Below, piece after piece: positions 17,752-27,452 of a stretch of 64,000 bases of DNA. The stretch lies in contig CAZYUH010000001.1 in the NCBI GenBank assembly GCA_964650645.1, positions 639,202 to 703,201 of the forward strand. Reading direction: 5' to 3'. Source of the stretch: an uncultured Candidatus Saccharibacteria bacterium. Its GTDB lineage: Bacteria > Patescibacteriota > Minisyncoccia > Phycocordibacterales > SBAW01. Numbering within the stretch: the stretch's first letter is position 1; every line of letters begins with the position of its first letter. Made by a program: the position numbers and the translations under genes. Under the pieces are notes generated by a model. That model saw nothing but the letters and a program-made list of their open reading frames with translations. It was not told where the DNA came from and ran no database searches.

Positions 17752-20595
17752 TTAGTGTGCGCGTGAGCGATACTTGCGGCGGACATGCCCTACCCCGGCG
17801 TAGCCCAGGTAGCCCAGACACCCGGCCAGCGTCAGCCCCGATACAATGAGCCCGAGGTAAAACCAGCGCTGGGGCCAGAATTCTATCACCATTTCAATGT
17901 CATAGCTCCCGCCGGGGTTTTGGGTACAGCCCGCCAGTTTTTGGACTTCGCACAGCTCTGTCGTGTCTACGTACCACCCGTTTAGGAAGCCATTGAGCTT
18001 GTAATGGTACTCGTCTCCTACCCTGTCGGGCTTGGCAAACGGCCACCAGCTATCCAATCGCCCTTGCACTTTGGCATTGTTGAGCTCTAAGTACCACTTG
18101 TCGTGATAACTCTCGCTCATGCCCAGGAAGAACGGCGTTGTTGCACCCCTTATGTACACCAGCTTCTTGGTCGGGCTTATAAGATCAAAGGTGGTGGATG
18201 CGGGTTGCACAAGCTGAGCATCCGGCTCGCTTACTAGATAATAAGAGCTGGATATATCCGGAATCTCGACAAGTTTGAAATTATCGTAACGGTTGATATT
18301 ATTAGTTTTTACGTCCGTCTCTTTTGCATATACATACAAACTGAGAGTTGTAGCCCCTGCAGGGACTTTTATGGTACGGGTTAAAGTATGCCAGGCAGTA
18401 TCGGTTAGCGGCAGATTCTCACTATCAGATGTCTTAACTGGGTCGTTAAAGCCAATGTAATAGGAAGCGGATTTTGCATTAGAACTTTGATAGTCGAAGC
18501 TCAATAAATATGTGCTAGTTGCATTAATAGGGAGTTCTATAGAGATGCAAGCAGTATGTCGAGTTGCCTCAAGTTGTAGAGATTGAACGCCGTCTGTCTT
18601 GTTATGGGCATCCAATTTCATTCCTAAAATAGGCTTTTGGTCATAATTATGACAATCCCCAACTGCTTGCTGCCAAAAACCTCTCTCAAAAGACCCATTG
18701 GTAATTAAATTTTTAAATGTGTAATTTTTATTTGTATAAGTAAATTGGTTATCGATACCATTTAATAAAGTAGTGCTCGAATATATGGGTTCATTATCAA
18801 TAGATAGTTTGTCGAAATTATTTAATGCGTAAAGTATATTTTTATTGGCAGAGTATATGGTTGTAGTAGCAGTAATACTCGAACTTGCGGTTGATATATT
18901 TTGAAAATTGACATTCTCAAATAACTGGTCAACATATGTTGCTGAAGAGGTGGCATTAGCTTTATTGAATAAGTAGAAATAAAAACCATTATGCAGTTGA
19001 TTGTTAACAAAATTATACTTTTCATCTAGATTATTTTTAGATTCAAAAGAATACAAATAATCAAATGTAAATATATTTCGTATCGATCTTATGTTTTTAA
19101 AAATAAACAAATTTGGATCTAGATACATATTGTTGACACGTGTCCAGTTACTATCTTTTGTGAGAGCGTTTATCTGATTCTCTGATACAGGAGTTGATAT
19201 ACAGGTTATTACGTAACCGGCACTATTTAGCAACGATAACGCATCTTGAATATTATCTTCTGATATATGTTTAACTTCTATATCTTTTGAAAGAAAATGC
19301 TGATTTAAAGTAAAAAATTTTATTTGATCAAGTTCATTACATATGCCGCCATCAACCCAAATAACCATGCTGTGGTTAGGTATATTGTTTAGTGATTGAA
19401 CTAGATCAGTATCAGGTAATTTGGGTATAAGTAATTTATTATAAATTTCAGTAAGCATGAATCCACACCAACCAAAAATTATTATAGTAAGAAAAGATAA
19501 TGATATAAATTTCAACGTTCTTGACATTCTCGAAATTCCCAAACCTAGAATTATTACTGCAAGTATGGGGATATATAATTGCCACTTAAGAGGTGATCTA
19601 AAGGCCCATCCACCCGGAAGATTATTTAGAATTGATAATATTATGTTTGAACCAAAGTTATTTAATGCCAACCAATATAAAAGTAGTAATATTCCTAGAA
19701 ATAATCTTGAAAAGAAACCTTCTATATTTTTATTATTAGAGTAAAAAAATGCAATTATAAGTAAAATCTGAAAAGAAAAACCAAAAATAACAAAAATAAT
19801 CTTATACCCTGAATTATAGTAATCATAATCAGTGAGAACATCTCTAGACCAAGTAAATGTATTAACCAAACTACCCGAGTTTGCAAACCCAATAAATGAA
19901 TCAGTATTTGAAGAGTTTGCATTTATCGTAGATACTATGGAAGCTTTATTTAAAGCTTGTGTTGAATAAATGCTCAATATAAGAAAGGCACTCAACATTC
20001 CACAAATTACTAATGCTTTTATGGCACTTATTATTAGTTCTTTTCTAAAAGGATTGCTGTAGAGCCGTGTTACAAAGAAAATTGTCGCTATAAAAGTATT
20101 TACGATGAAAGTAAACGGATGAATTAATGAAACGATTAATCCAAAATAAGCTAAAATAAAGTAACGAGGGCTTTTTGTCTGAATATATTTTTTTAAAAGT
20201 ATTATTACAAAAGGCAACATTGAGGCGCCTAAAATTAATCCTATTTTCGAAATATTTGCTAGAAATATCGGGTTAATAACATAAAATAAACTCAACAAAA
20301 AACGTGTATGAATATCTATTTTTTTAAAAAAAGATAATGCAAAATATGCAGAACATGCCGCAATCACAAGCGCTAGAAATAAGTATAAATAAGATACACC
20401 AAGGTTTCCAAGAATTGGATAAAATATAAGCAAAAAAAGCCTTATTGGTAGTCGAAAAACGCCATCCAAATTAATAGCTCCATTTTGGGAAGACCAAAGA
20501 TAGAATGTTTTTAGAAAATATATCCATGCTTCAAATGGAAACCCAAAATCACCGTTAGCTAGAAATCCTAAATTAAATATATTACCGAAGTACAT
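17752..20595 (-). CDS. Large polytopic membrane protein (YfhO/GT-C-like N-terminal 13 TM region + ~450-aa extracytoplasmic domain + C-terminal TM anchor), mosaic composition
   Basis: 947 aa; N-terminal 2/3 encoded by AT-rich DNA, C-terminal third by GC-rich DNA; C-terminal domain looks like a carbohydrate-binding/jelly-roll domain. Confidence 0.5.
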   Translation of the reverse strand: MYFGNIFNLGFLANGDFGFPFEAWIYFLKTFYLWSSQNGAINLDGVFRLPIRLFLLIFYPILGNLGVSYLYLFLALVIAACSAYFALSFFKKIDIHTRFLLSLFYVINPIFLANISKIGLILGASMLPFVIILLKKYIQTKSPRYFILAYFGLIVSLIHPFTFIVNTFIATIFFVTRLYSNPFRKELIISAIKALVICGMLSAFLILSIYSTQALNKASIVSTINANSSNTDSFIGFANSGSLVNTFTWSRDVLTDYDYYNSGYKIIFVIFGFSFQILLIIAFFYSNNKNIEGFFSRLFLGILLLLYWLALNNFGSNIILSILNNLPGGWAFRSPLKWQLYIPILAVIILGLGISRMSRTLKFISLSFLTIIIFGWCGFMLTEIYNKLLIPKLPDTDLVQSLNNIPNHSMVIWVDGGICNELDQIKFFTLNQHFLSKDIEVKHISEDNIQDALSLLNSAGYVITCISTPVSENQINALTKDSNWTRVNNMYLDPNLFIFKNIRSIRNIFTFDYLYSFESKNNLDEKYNFVNNQLHNGFYFYLFNKANATSSATYVDQLFENVNFQNISTASSSITATTTIYSANKNILYALNNFDKLSIDNEPIYSSTTLLNGIDNQFTYTNKNYTFKNLITNGSFERGFWQQAVGDCHNYDQKPILGMKLDAHNKTDGVQSLQLEATRHTACISIELPINATSTYLLSFDYQSSNAKSASYYIGFNDPVKTSDSENLPLTDTAWHTLTRTIKVPAGATTLSLYVYAKETDVKTNNINRYDNFKLVEIPDISSSYYLVSEPDAQLVQPASTTFDLISPTKKLVYIRGATTPFFLGMSESYHDKWYLELNNAKVQGRLDSWWPFAKPDRVGDEYHYKLNGFLNGWYVDTTELCEVQKLAGCTQNPGGSYDIEMVIEFWPQRWFYLGLIVSGLTLAGCLGYLGYAGVGHVRRKYRSRAH

Positions 20596-20597
20596 AC

Positions 20598-21665
20598 CTA
20601 TTTATTGTTAAAAGATATGAGGTTCTGAATATAAATTTTAGATATATCTAGGATCGCCTCATCCTTTTGACCCAGAGATTTCAAAAGCTGTGTACATTTA
20701 TTATCATAAGAAATAGGGATATATTTGACACCACTTAAGGCAGCTAGGAGCATCCCATGATACTGAGGCAAGATACAAACAAGACTTTCCTTATTGTTTC
20801 GTAAAAATAAATAAAAACTAATTGGATTGCCGCTAAAATTTTTTATTATAATTCGATCAGTATTTAATAAGTTTGCGTGTAATTTTTGGAACTCAAGCAC
20901 ATCTGAATACATACTATTTTTAAAACTTGGATGCAGAGCTAGAAGTAAAAAATTATCAGTGCTTTTATATTGAATAAACTTTTCAATTACTGCAACGTAA
21001 TTAGAAATTTCAGTTGTACTATTACCTCGATAACTAACAATATAATTAATTTGTTTAGGATCTATTGGAAACAGTGATTTAGCCTCGACCTTATAAGCTT
21101 CGAGGTTCAAATTATTTAACAAAAAGGCAATATCTTGAGTTAGAACAACTTTCCGTTTAAAACCTAAACCAGAAAATGAATAGTATGTTTCTTCATCTCT
21201 TGCATAAATTTTATTTGACGCAAGTCCAGAAATAAATGCACCGAAGTGGCCAATCATTCCTGTCGACTTATAATATCCAACGCCAATAAGATACACTTCT
21301 TTTCTAAGCACGAATCGCGCTGCAAGTAATAAAAAGGAAAGTATTAAAACTTTTAAATTGAAATCCAGCCCCCAGAGTCCACCTCCTCCGATTATAGTTC
21401 TTTTGCTTACAAATAAAGCCTTTAGGACTCCCATTATCGAAGGCTTAATCAAACGAGCTTCTTCAAACGAATGGTGAGAATCGGAATAAATTTCACTATT
21501 TAAATAAATAAATTGTGTATTTTTTATATTTCTTGATTTGAAATAATTTAGCAAAACTTCTAGAATTAGCTCATCTCCCATATTTCCACCACCATAAAAA
21601 CCAAACAAAAAAGAATTGGAAAAATCAAGCTTATCTAATTCTAATTTTAATTTTCTTGTTTCCAT
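20598..21665 (-). CDS. Polysaccharide pyruvyl transferase family protein
   Basis: FYGGGNMGDELILEVLL ... IIGGGGLW motifs typical of PF04230 (CsaB/WcaK-like). Confidence 0.7.
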   Translation of the reverse strand: METRKLKLELDKLDFSNSFLFGFYGGGNMGDELILEVLLNYFKSRNIKNTQFIYLNSEIYSDSHHSFEEARLIKPSIMGVLKALFVSKRTIIGGGGLWGLDFNLKVLILSFLLLAARFVLRKEVYLIGVGYYKSTGMIGHFGAFISGLASNKIYARDEETYYSFSGLGFKRKVVLTQDIAFLLNNLNLEAYKVEAKSLFPIDPKQINYIVSYRGNSTTEISNYVAVIEKFIQYKSTDNFLLLALHPSFKNSMYSDVLEFQKLHANLLNTDRIIIKNFSGNPISFYLFLRNNKESLVCILPQYHGMLLAALSGVKYIPISYDNKCTQLLKSLGQKDEAILDISKIYIQNLISFNNK

Positions 21666-21666
21666 A

Positions 21667-22518
21667 TTAACAACTTACTCTTGCCCACAGTTTCGTTTTT
21701 TTTATAAAATTAAAAAAATAATTTTTTTGTTCCGCATTAATAAAACTGTCTAGTAAAAAAGAAAGCAAAGTATATGCATACATTCCAATCTTGTTGGGCG
21801 GCGAGTATTTTCTTAAATACTCCATCCGTGACTGAAACATTAATTTTGTTTTGATTTTAAAATACTGATCCGTACTATTTTTATGTTTTCTGTATTTATA
21901 TAAATATTCAGGCAAATTGGCTCCTTGTTTACCAGCCATTATAAATCTTAAAAACATATCTACATCTTCAATGTAATCTTTGTCATCACGATACGCTCCG
22001 ATTTCAAGAACATCACTTTTTCTAAACATTATTGTTGGATGAAGAAAAGGGTAATGAAAAAAATATAACTTAGATATAACATGTGGTTCAATTGGAAACT
22101 CAATGGAAGCAAGCTCTATATTGCTTTCATTAATAATAATCGCAAAAGTGCCAACAAGGGATAAGGCAGGATTCTTGGATAAATATAGATATTGTTTTTC
22201 GAGTCTGTCAGGTGTCGAGATATCGTCCCCATCCATACGCGCAATTATTTCACCCCTAGCTATACTTAGCCCTTTATTTAAATTTTTTGCGATTCCTATA
22301 CGTTCAGTATTTTTTATATATATAATTCGCGGGTCAAATAAATAACGTTTTATAATTTTTTCAGACTCATCAGTGGATGCATCATCAATAATAATGAATT
22401 CAAAATCAGAGTACGATTGATTCAAAATACTTTCAATTGATTCACGTAAAAAAGCCTCGGCATTTCTAAAAGGCATTACTACAGATATTTTAGGTTGTTT
22501 AGTCATATGATTTTGCAA
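21667..22518 (-). CDS. Glycosyltransferase family 2
   Basis: ISVVMPFRN...IIIDDASTDES...MDGDDIS (DxD) GT-A signature; true start may be the Met at 22506. Confidence 0.75.
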   Translation of the reverse strand: MQNHMTKQPKISVVMPFRNAEAFLRESIESILNQSYSDFEFIIIDDASTDESEKIIKRYLFDPRIIYIKNTERIGIAKNLNKGLSIARGEIIARMDGDDISTPDRLEKQYLYLSKNPALSLVGTFAIIINESNIELASIEFPIEPHVISKLYFFHYPFLHPTIMFRKSDVLEIGAYRDDKDYIEDVDMFLRFIMAGKQGANLPEYLYKYRKHKNSTDQYFKIKTKLMFQSRMEYLRKYSPPNKIGMYAYTLLSFLLDSFINAEQKNYFFNFIKKTKLWARVSC

Positions 22519-23326
22519 CTAGTATACCTATTCCACCAACTCCAAACTCACAAGTTTTCATAAAAAGCATGCCGACTCCAATGAAAAGATTTTTAAAAAG
22601 TTTAATCGGGCGCGAGAAGAAAAGGATGTAACGGTTAAAAATCCCCGCCGTTCTCTTGCTGGAATTGATAGCACCTTTGGAGTGGCAGAGATACGCCTTT
22701 GCCTGCTTGGCGTAATAATACTTTTTCTTAAGGGTTTTGCCGAGACTTATCTTCCCTTCGTTGTGATAAATTGCGTCGCTGATTCGCGCGATCTTCCCTA
22801 GCGCCTCTGCCCTGTCAGACAAGTCCCAGTCTTCGCCGGAAATCAGGGCTTCGTTATATCCCCCGACCTTATCAAAAGTTGCCTTGCTAAAGAATCGAGC
22901 GGCTTCAATGGCGTCTACCCCGACATAAAAGCTCCGCTCAAGCTTTTTGCACTGCGCCCAGAACCCCTCGCCAAACGACTCTTCGGGGATGATAATACCC
23001 GCCGCGTCCGCGCTTGAGGCCATTACCCGCACGCAGCTTCCGATAACGCTCTTGGAAACCACCATGTCGCTGTCAATAAACACGACATGCTCCCCTGACG
23101 CCTGCGCCGCGCCAAAATTGCGCTGTGCGCTGCGCTCTGGGCCTTTGGTGAATACCTTGTCCGTAAAGCGCCGCGCGATTGCCTGGGTGTCGTCGGCACT
23201 GCTGTTGTCTACCACGATTAGCTCGATGTTCTTGTATGACTGCTCCTTAATCGAGCGCAAGCACGCCTCTAAAAACTCCGCAGAGTTCTTTGTGGGCACG
23301 ATGACTGATACGAGCGGGTTAGGCAT
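22499..23326 (-). CDS. Glycosyltransferase family 2
   Basis: VSVIVPTKNSAEFL...LIVVDNSSADDT...IDSDM; start at MPNPLVSV (internal Met of ORF 22499..23398); overlaps downstream GT2 by 20 nt. Confidence 0.75.
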   Translation of the reverse strand: MPNPLVSVIVPTKNSAEFLEACLRSIKEQSYKNIELIVVDNSSADDTQAIARRFTDKVFTKGPERSAQRNFGAAQASGEHVVFIDSDMVVSKSVIGSCVRVMASSADAAGIIIPEESFGEGFWAQCKKLERSFYVGVDAIEAARFFSKATFDKVGGYNEALISGEDWDLSDRAEALGKIARISDAIYHNEGKISLGKTLKKKYYYAKQAKAYLCHSKGAINSSKRTAGIFNRYILFFSRPIKLFKNLFIGVGMLFMKTCEFGVGGIGILVAKSYD

Positions 23327-24425
23327 GGGCAAGAATGTCTTTGAACTGCGCGTAGCTTTTCTCGAAAGTAATGCCCTTGCTCCACTCCCAGGCGGCATGG
23401 CGCATGTGCTCGTAGCGCGGCTGGTCTTGTAGGAGCGCGGCCATGGACTCTGCCAGCGCCTCGGGGGTGTTTTTGGCGGTTACAAGCCCCGTGACGCCGT
23501 TTTGCACGCTGTCGCGCAGGCCGTCGCAATTATACACAACCGCCGGGGTGCCCTGGCTGTTTGCTTCGGTCACGACAAGCCCCCACCCTTCCTTGACTGA
23601 CGCGACCGGCAAGATATGCGACTTTTGGAGCAATTCTACTTTTTTATCTCCGCTTACCTTCCCCAGGCACTCGATGCTGTCTTTGTAGGGCGATTGCTGT
23701 ATGTGCCGGGCGACGCGCGCGGCGTATGCGCCGTCGCCTGCGCCCGCGATAATGAGCCTTGCAGTAGGCACCGAGCGCTTGAGCATCTCGAAGGCCCGCA
23801 CGATATGCGCGGTGCGCTTCATGGGCCGTATCGCGCCCAGCGCGAGGATGGTCGGGTGGGGATACTTTTGTATGCTAAGGCTTGCGACCGGCGTGAGCTC
23901 TATCCCTTCGCTTATGATGCTGATGTGCTCGGGCTTAAAGCCGTGGCGCATGAGGTCTTTTTTGGTGCTTTCTGATACGGTAACGACTTCCTGCCCGCCG
24001 AGCGCCAGCACGCGCAGGTAGAGGGGCTCCAGCAGGTAGCCAACAAGCGACGCCGGAGCCCATAGCTGATAGAACCATATTTCCCTGCATAATTGATGAA
24101 CGAACAGAATAACCCTTTGTTTTGCGTATAGTTTGGCGAAAAACGGGATGGTGTTTACCTCGTCTATGACGACATCGGGCCAGCCCTGCAGGTGCTTTTT
24201 GTAGTAGCGGTACGCCCGCCAGTACACGCTGTAGCGCCCGCCGAGCCTGATTATAGTGAAGCCGTTGCGCTCTTCCCTTTCAGCGCTGCCCTCGAATCCG
24301 CCCACTATGAAGCGCACCTCGTGGCTGTCTTTGGCAAGGCGCTTTGCCAGCTCCTCGTTGACCACCTCGGCGCCGCCCGCCAGTGGATGGCGCATGTCTT
24401 TCCATGTCAGCCAGAGTATCTTCAT
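23319..24425 (-). CDS. Glycosyltransferase family 4 (GT-B)
   Basis: MKILWLTW...GGAEV N-terminus and C-terminal EGWGLVVTEANSQGTPAVV motif; ATGA overlap with upstream gene at 24422-24425. Confidence 0.75.
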   Translation of the reverse strand: MKILWLTWKDMRHPLAGGAEVVNEELAKRLAKDSHEVRFIVGGFEGSAEREERNGFTIIRLGGRYSVYWRAYRYYKKHLQGWPDVVIDEVNTIPFFAKLYAKQRVILFVHQLCREIWFYQLWAPASLVGYLLEPLYLRVLALGGQEVVTVSESTKKDLMRHGFKPEHISIISEGIELTPVASLSIQKYPHPTILALGAIRPMKRTAHIVRAFEMLKRSVPTARLIIAGAGDGAYAARVARHIQQSPYKDSIECLGKVSGDKKVELLQKSHILPVASVKEGWGLVVTEANSQGTPAVVYNCDGLRDSVQNGVTGLVTAKNTPEALAESMAALLQDQPRYEHMRHAAWEWSKGITFEKSYAQFKDILAHA

Positions 24426-25372
24426 GAGTCGCGCTTGATGGTGCGGCGCACGATGTAGAGCGGCCGGGCGGCCACCTCGGTGCGTATAGAGCCCACGTAG
24501 AGGCCTATGATGCCCTGCGCGGCGAGCACGATGCCCACCAAGAATACGATGAGCACCGCGAGCTGGGCCGAGCCCGAAACGTGCCAATTGAGCGCGTCGT
24601 TGAGCATGTACCGCTCGACCAGTATGACCGCCCCAAGGACGCCGCTGAGCGCGCTTATGGTAACGCCCAGGTACCCGGCAAGCCTAAGCGGCAGGAGCGT
24701 GTGCGACAGCAGGGAGCTTATGGCGAGGCGCACCAGCTTTATGGCGGAGTACTGCGCCTGGCCGCGCGCGCGGGCGGGCGCCACGAACGGCACCGACGCG
24801 CGTCGGAAGCCCAGCCAGTTGATGAGCGAGCGCGTCATGCGCTCGCGCTCGTGGAAGGCGCAGTAGGCCCGCACCACCGCGCGGTCGAGCAGGCGGAAAT
24901 CGGTGTCGCCGTGGCTGAAGTCGGTGTCCGATATGCGCGCCATAAGGCGGTAAAACAGCAAGGAGCCCCACTTCTTTATGAAGCCCTCGCCCGTGTTGCC
25001 CGTGCGGGTGCCCACGACGACCTCGGCGCCCTTTTCCCACTCGCGCACCATGCCCGGGATGAGCTGCGGCGGATGCTGGAGGTCGGCGTCCATGAGGATG
25101 ACCGCGTCGCCTTTTGCGGCGCACAGCCCGGCGGTGGTGGCCATTTCCTTGCCGAAGTTGCGGCTGAACTCGATGCAGGACACCGCGGGGTCGCTCTGCA
25201 CGAGGCGCTCTATGGCGGCCACCGTGGCATCGGTACTGCCGTCGTCTATAAAGATGACGGAGCGGGCGTAGCCCGCGAGCTCTTTCTCCCACACGGCGCA
25301 CAGCGCGGCGTGCACCAGCGGGACGTTCTCTTCTTCGTTATGGACGGGTATTAGTACGGTGAGTGCCTTCAT
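24422..25372 (-). CDS. Polyprenol-phosphate glycosyltransferase (GT2, GtrB/ArnC/DPM1-like) with two C-terminal TM helices
   Basis: LTVLIPVHNEEENV...FIDDGSTDAT...MDADLQHPP; C-terminal hydrophobic pair. Confidence 0.75.
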   Translation of the reverse strand: MKALTVLIPVHNEEENVPLVHAALCAVWEKELAGYARSVIFIDDGSTDATVAAIERLVQSDPAVSCIEFSRNFGKEMATTAGLCAAKGDAVILMDADLQHPPQLIPGMVREWEKGAEVVVGTRTGNTGEGFIKKWGSLLFYRLMARISDTDFSHGDTDFRLLDRAVVRAYCAFHERERMTRSLINWLGFRRASVPFVAPARARGQAQYSAIKLVRLAISSLLSHTLLPLRLAGYLGVTISALSGVLGAVILVERYMLNDALNWHVSGSAQLAVLIVFLVGIVLAAQGIIGLYVGSIRTEVAARPLYIVRRTIKRDS

Positions 25373-26682
25373 GTCAGTGCGGCGGGCGCTGGAGCGGGAG
25401 CCGTGCGGCAAAACAGCAGGTAATTGAGCGCCATGAGCGCCAGGAGCAGCGCCGAGGACGCCGCGAGCATGCCCGTGACGGCCCCGAGCGTCGCGTGATT
25501 GAGCGCGATGAGCCCGACTTCCGCGGCGATGCCCGCCGCGAGGAAGTACAGGAAGGAAGTATTGCGCGCCGCAACGAAATAATTGATGAAGGCGGTCGAG
25601 AGCGCTATGCAGCCCATGGCAATCCCGAACAGTCCCAGGTGCGGGGCCACCCCCAGGTAGCGCGCCCCGAAGAGCGCCGAGAGCACGAGCCCGGGTACCA
25701 GCGAGAACAGCCCGACTGCGGCGGCAGAGGCGGCAAGGATAGCCGCGAGCGAGAGGCCCAAAATGCGCCGCCCGCCGCCCTTTGCGCCCGCCTCGGCGGC
25801 CGACGCCAGCGGGAGCAGGACGGTGATGAACGCGCCCACGCCGTAGACGAGGATCTTGCCGATGGTCGAGAGCGCGCCGTACTCGCCAGCCGCCTCGGCA
25901 GAGAGGTAGTGCTTGGCCAGCAGTACGTCAATGTTGGAAAGGAGCGCCATGAGGAGCGTGGTGGCGAGAATGGTCATGAACAGGGCCTTAAGCGGGCCGA
26001 GCGCGAAGGGCTCCGCCTGCGGCGCGGCGTGCCTTTTGAATATCTTGCGCGTCGCCAGGTAGCCGTAGCCCCACGAGGCAAGCGAGGCCGCCACCAGCCC
26101 CAGCATGACGCCCGCAACCGAGAACCCGGCGTACACGAGCGCCACCGAGAGCGCGAGCTTTAATACGGCGCTGAGCGCGTTCTGCTTGGCGAGCAGGAAG
26201 AACTCCTGCAGCCCCTGCAGGGTGCCCGACTGGAGCGAGCTTGCGAGCGCGACCGGGATGAGCAGGCTGAATATGATGAGCGGGACGACTTCGAGCCGCA
26301 GGAAGCCCGCGAGCGCGGGCACGAGGCACACGAACGCCGCCCACAGCGCGAGCGAGGCGGCAAGCGCGTTCTTCCTTAGGTGCACGAACAGCGCGCGCAC
26401 CGCGCCCGGGCCTTCCGCCCCGCGAAAGGCGGCCTCGCGGGTCATGAGCATGGTAAGCGCCGTTGCCGGCACCGAAACAATAAGCATGAGGCTGAAGAGC
26501 GCGGTCACCTCGCCGAACTCTGCCACGCCCAGCATGCGGCTTATGACGATGGTGAAGACGTAGTTGAGCGCGTTAACCACGAACGAGCCCGCGAAGATTA
26601 CCGAGCTTGAGAAGAAGAACCCGGTATCGGCATAGTGCCGCGCAAGCGCAAGGAGCCTCGCCTTTGAAGGGTTCGCGCCCAT
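25369..26682 (-). CDS. Polysaccharide flippase (Wzx / MOP superfamily)
   Basis: 437 aa, ~12-14 TM helices, position at head of glycosyltransferase cluster. Confidence 0.65.
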   Translation of the reverse strand: MGANPSKARLLALARHYADTGFFFSSSVIFAGSFVVNALNYVFTIVISRMLGVAEFGEVTALFSLMLIVSVPATALTMLMTREAAFRGAEGPGAVRALFVHLRKNALAASLALWAAFVCLVPALAGFLRLEVVPLIIFSLLIPVALASSLQSGTLQGLQEFFLLAKQNALSAVLKLALSVALVYAGFSVAGVMLGLVAASLASWGYGYLATRKIFKRHAAPQAEPFALGPLKALFMTILATTLLMALLSNIDVLLAKHYLSAEAAGEYGALSTIGKILVYGVGAFITVLLPLASAAEAGAKGGGRRILGLSLAAILAASAAAVGLFSLVPGLVLSALFGARYLGVAPHLGLFGIAMGCIALSTAFINYFVAARNTSFLYFLAAGIAAEVGLIALNHATLGAVTGMLAASSALLLALMALNYLLFCRTAPAPAPAALT

Positions 26683-26812
26683 GTGGGGCTAATTTTCGCA
26701 CAGGTTGGCCTGTTGTGCCATGCCCCGCCCGGGCGGCAGATACGGGCCCTTCCGTGCGAAAGGGCCCGCGCAAGATGCGCGCCGAGGCGTCAGGAAACGG
26801 CCTGAAATAAGG

Positions 26813-27427
26813 CTATTCCCCGAGCTTGCCGAGCCAAGCGGCCTTGCGGCGCCACTCGTTCTTCTTCCATTCGGGGGCCTGGTCGGTGGGGCCCATGTGC
26901 GAGAGGCGCACCTTGAACCCCGCAAACCAGAGGATGGCGCGCTTTATCTCGTTGGTGTAGTCGCCGAACGCGAGCCTGACGAGGTACGGATGCGTGCCCG
27001 ACACGACGATGACGCGGGCGGTCTTGCCCTTGAGCCGCTTGTACCAGCCCGTGGCGGGCGTCCCCTGCGCGGTCTTCCTCATGTTGAATGCGAAGCCCGG
27101 CAGCCACACGCGGTCGAAGAGCCCCTTGAGGAGCGCGGGCATGGAGGACCACCACAGCGGGTACACGATGAGGAAATGGTCGCACCAGCGGACGTTCTCC
27201 TGGAACTTCAAGAGGTCGGGCTCGAGCGCCTGTATTTCCTTGTAGCCCTTGTGGAGGATGGGGTCGAACCTCACCTCGCCGAGGTTCATGCGGCGCACCT
27301 CGTGGCCGGCTTCCTTGGCAGCCGTCTCGTACAGGAGTGCGAGCTCGCCCGAGAGCGTGTGCGACGTGTCGGGGTGGCCCAGAAGTATGAATATCTTCTT
27401 GTGCGGATGGTCTGAAAAGAATCCCAT
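26813..27427 (-). CDS. NAD(P)H-dependent quinone oxidoreductase (flavodoxin-like fold, NQO1/MdaB-type)
   Basis: KIFILLGHPDTSHTLSGELALLYE...LIVYPLWWSSMPALLKGLFDRV matches Flavodoxin_2 family. Confidence 0.7.
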   Translation of the reverse strand: MGFFSDHPHKKIFILLGHPDTSHTLSGELALLYETAAKEAGHEVRRMNLGEVRFDPILHKGYKEIQALEPDLLKFQENVRWCDHFLIVYPLWWSSMPALLKGLFDRVWLPGFAFNMRKTAQGTPATGWYKRLKGKTARVIVVSGTHPYLVRLAFGDYTNEIKRAILWFAGFKVRLSHMGPTDQAPEWKKNEWRRKAAWLGKLGE

Positions 27428-27452
27428 GTCTCTTTATTATCAGTATATACCG

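Noticed and set aside
26683-26812. GGGCCCTT...AAGGGCCC hairpin between the flippase start and the quinone reductase end, as a terminator
   Set aside because: There is no T-tract on either side. It may be a REP-like structure, but the evidence is insufficient to call a terminator.
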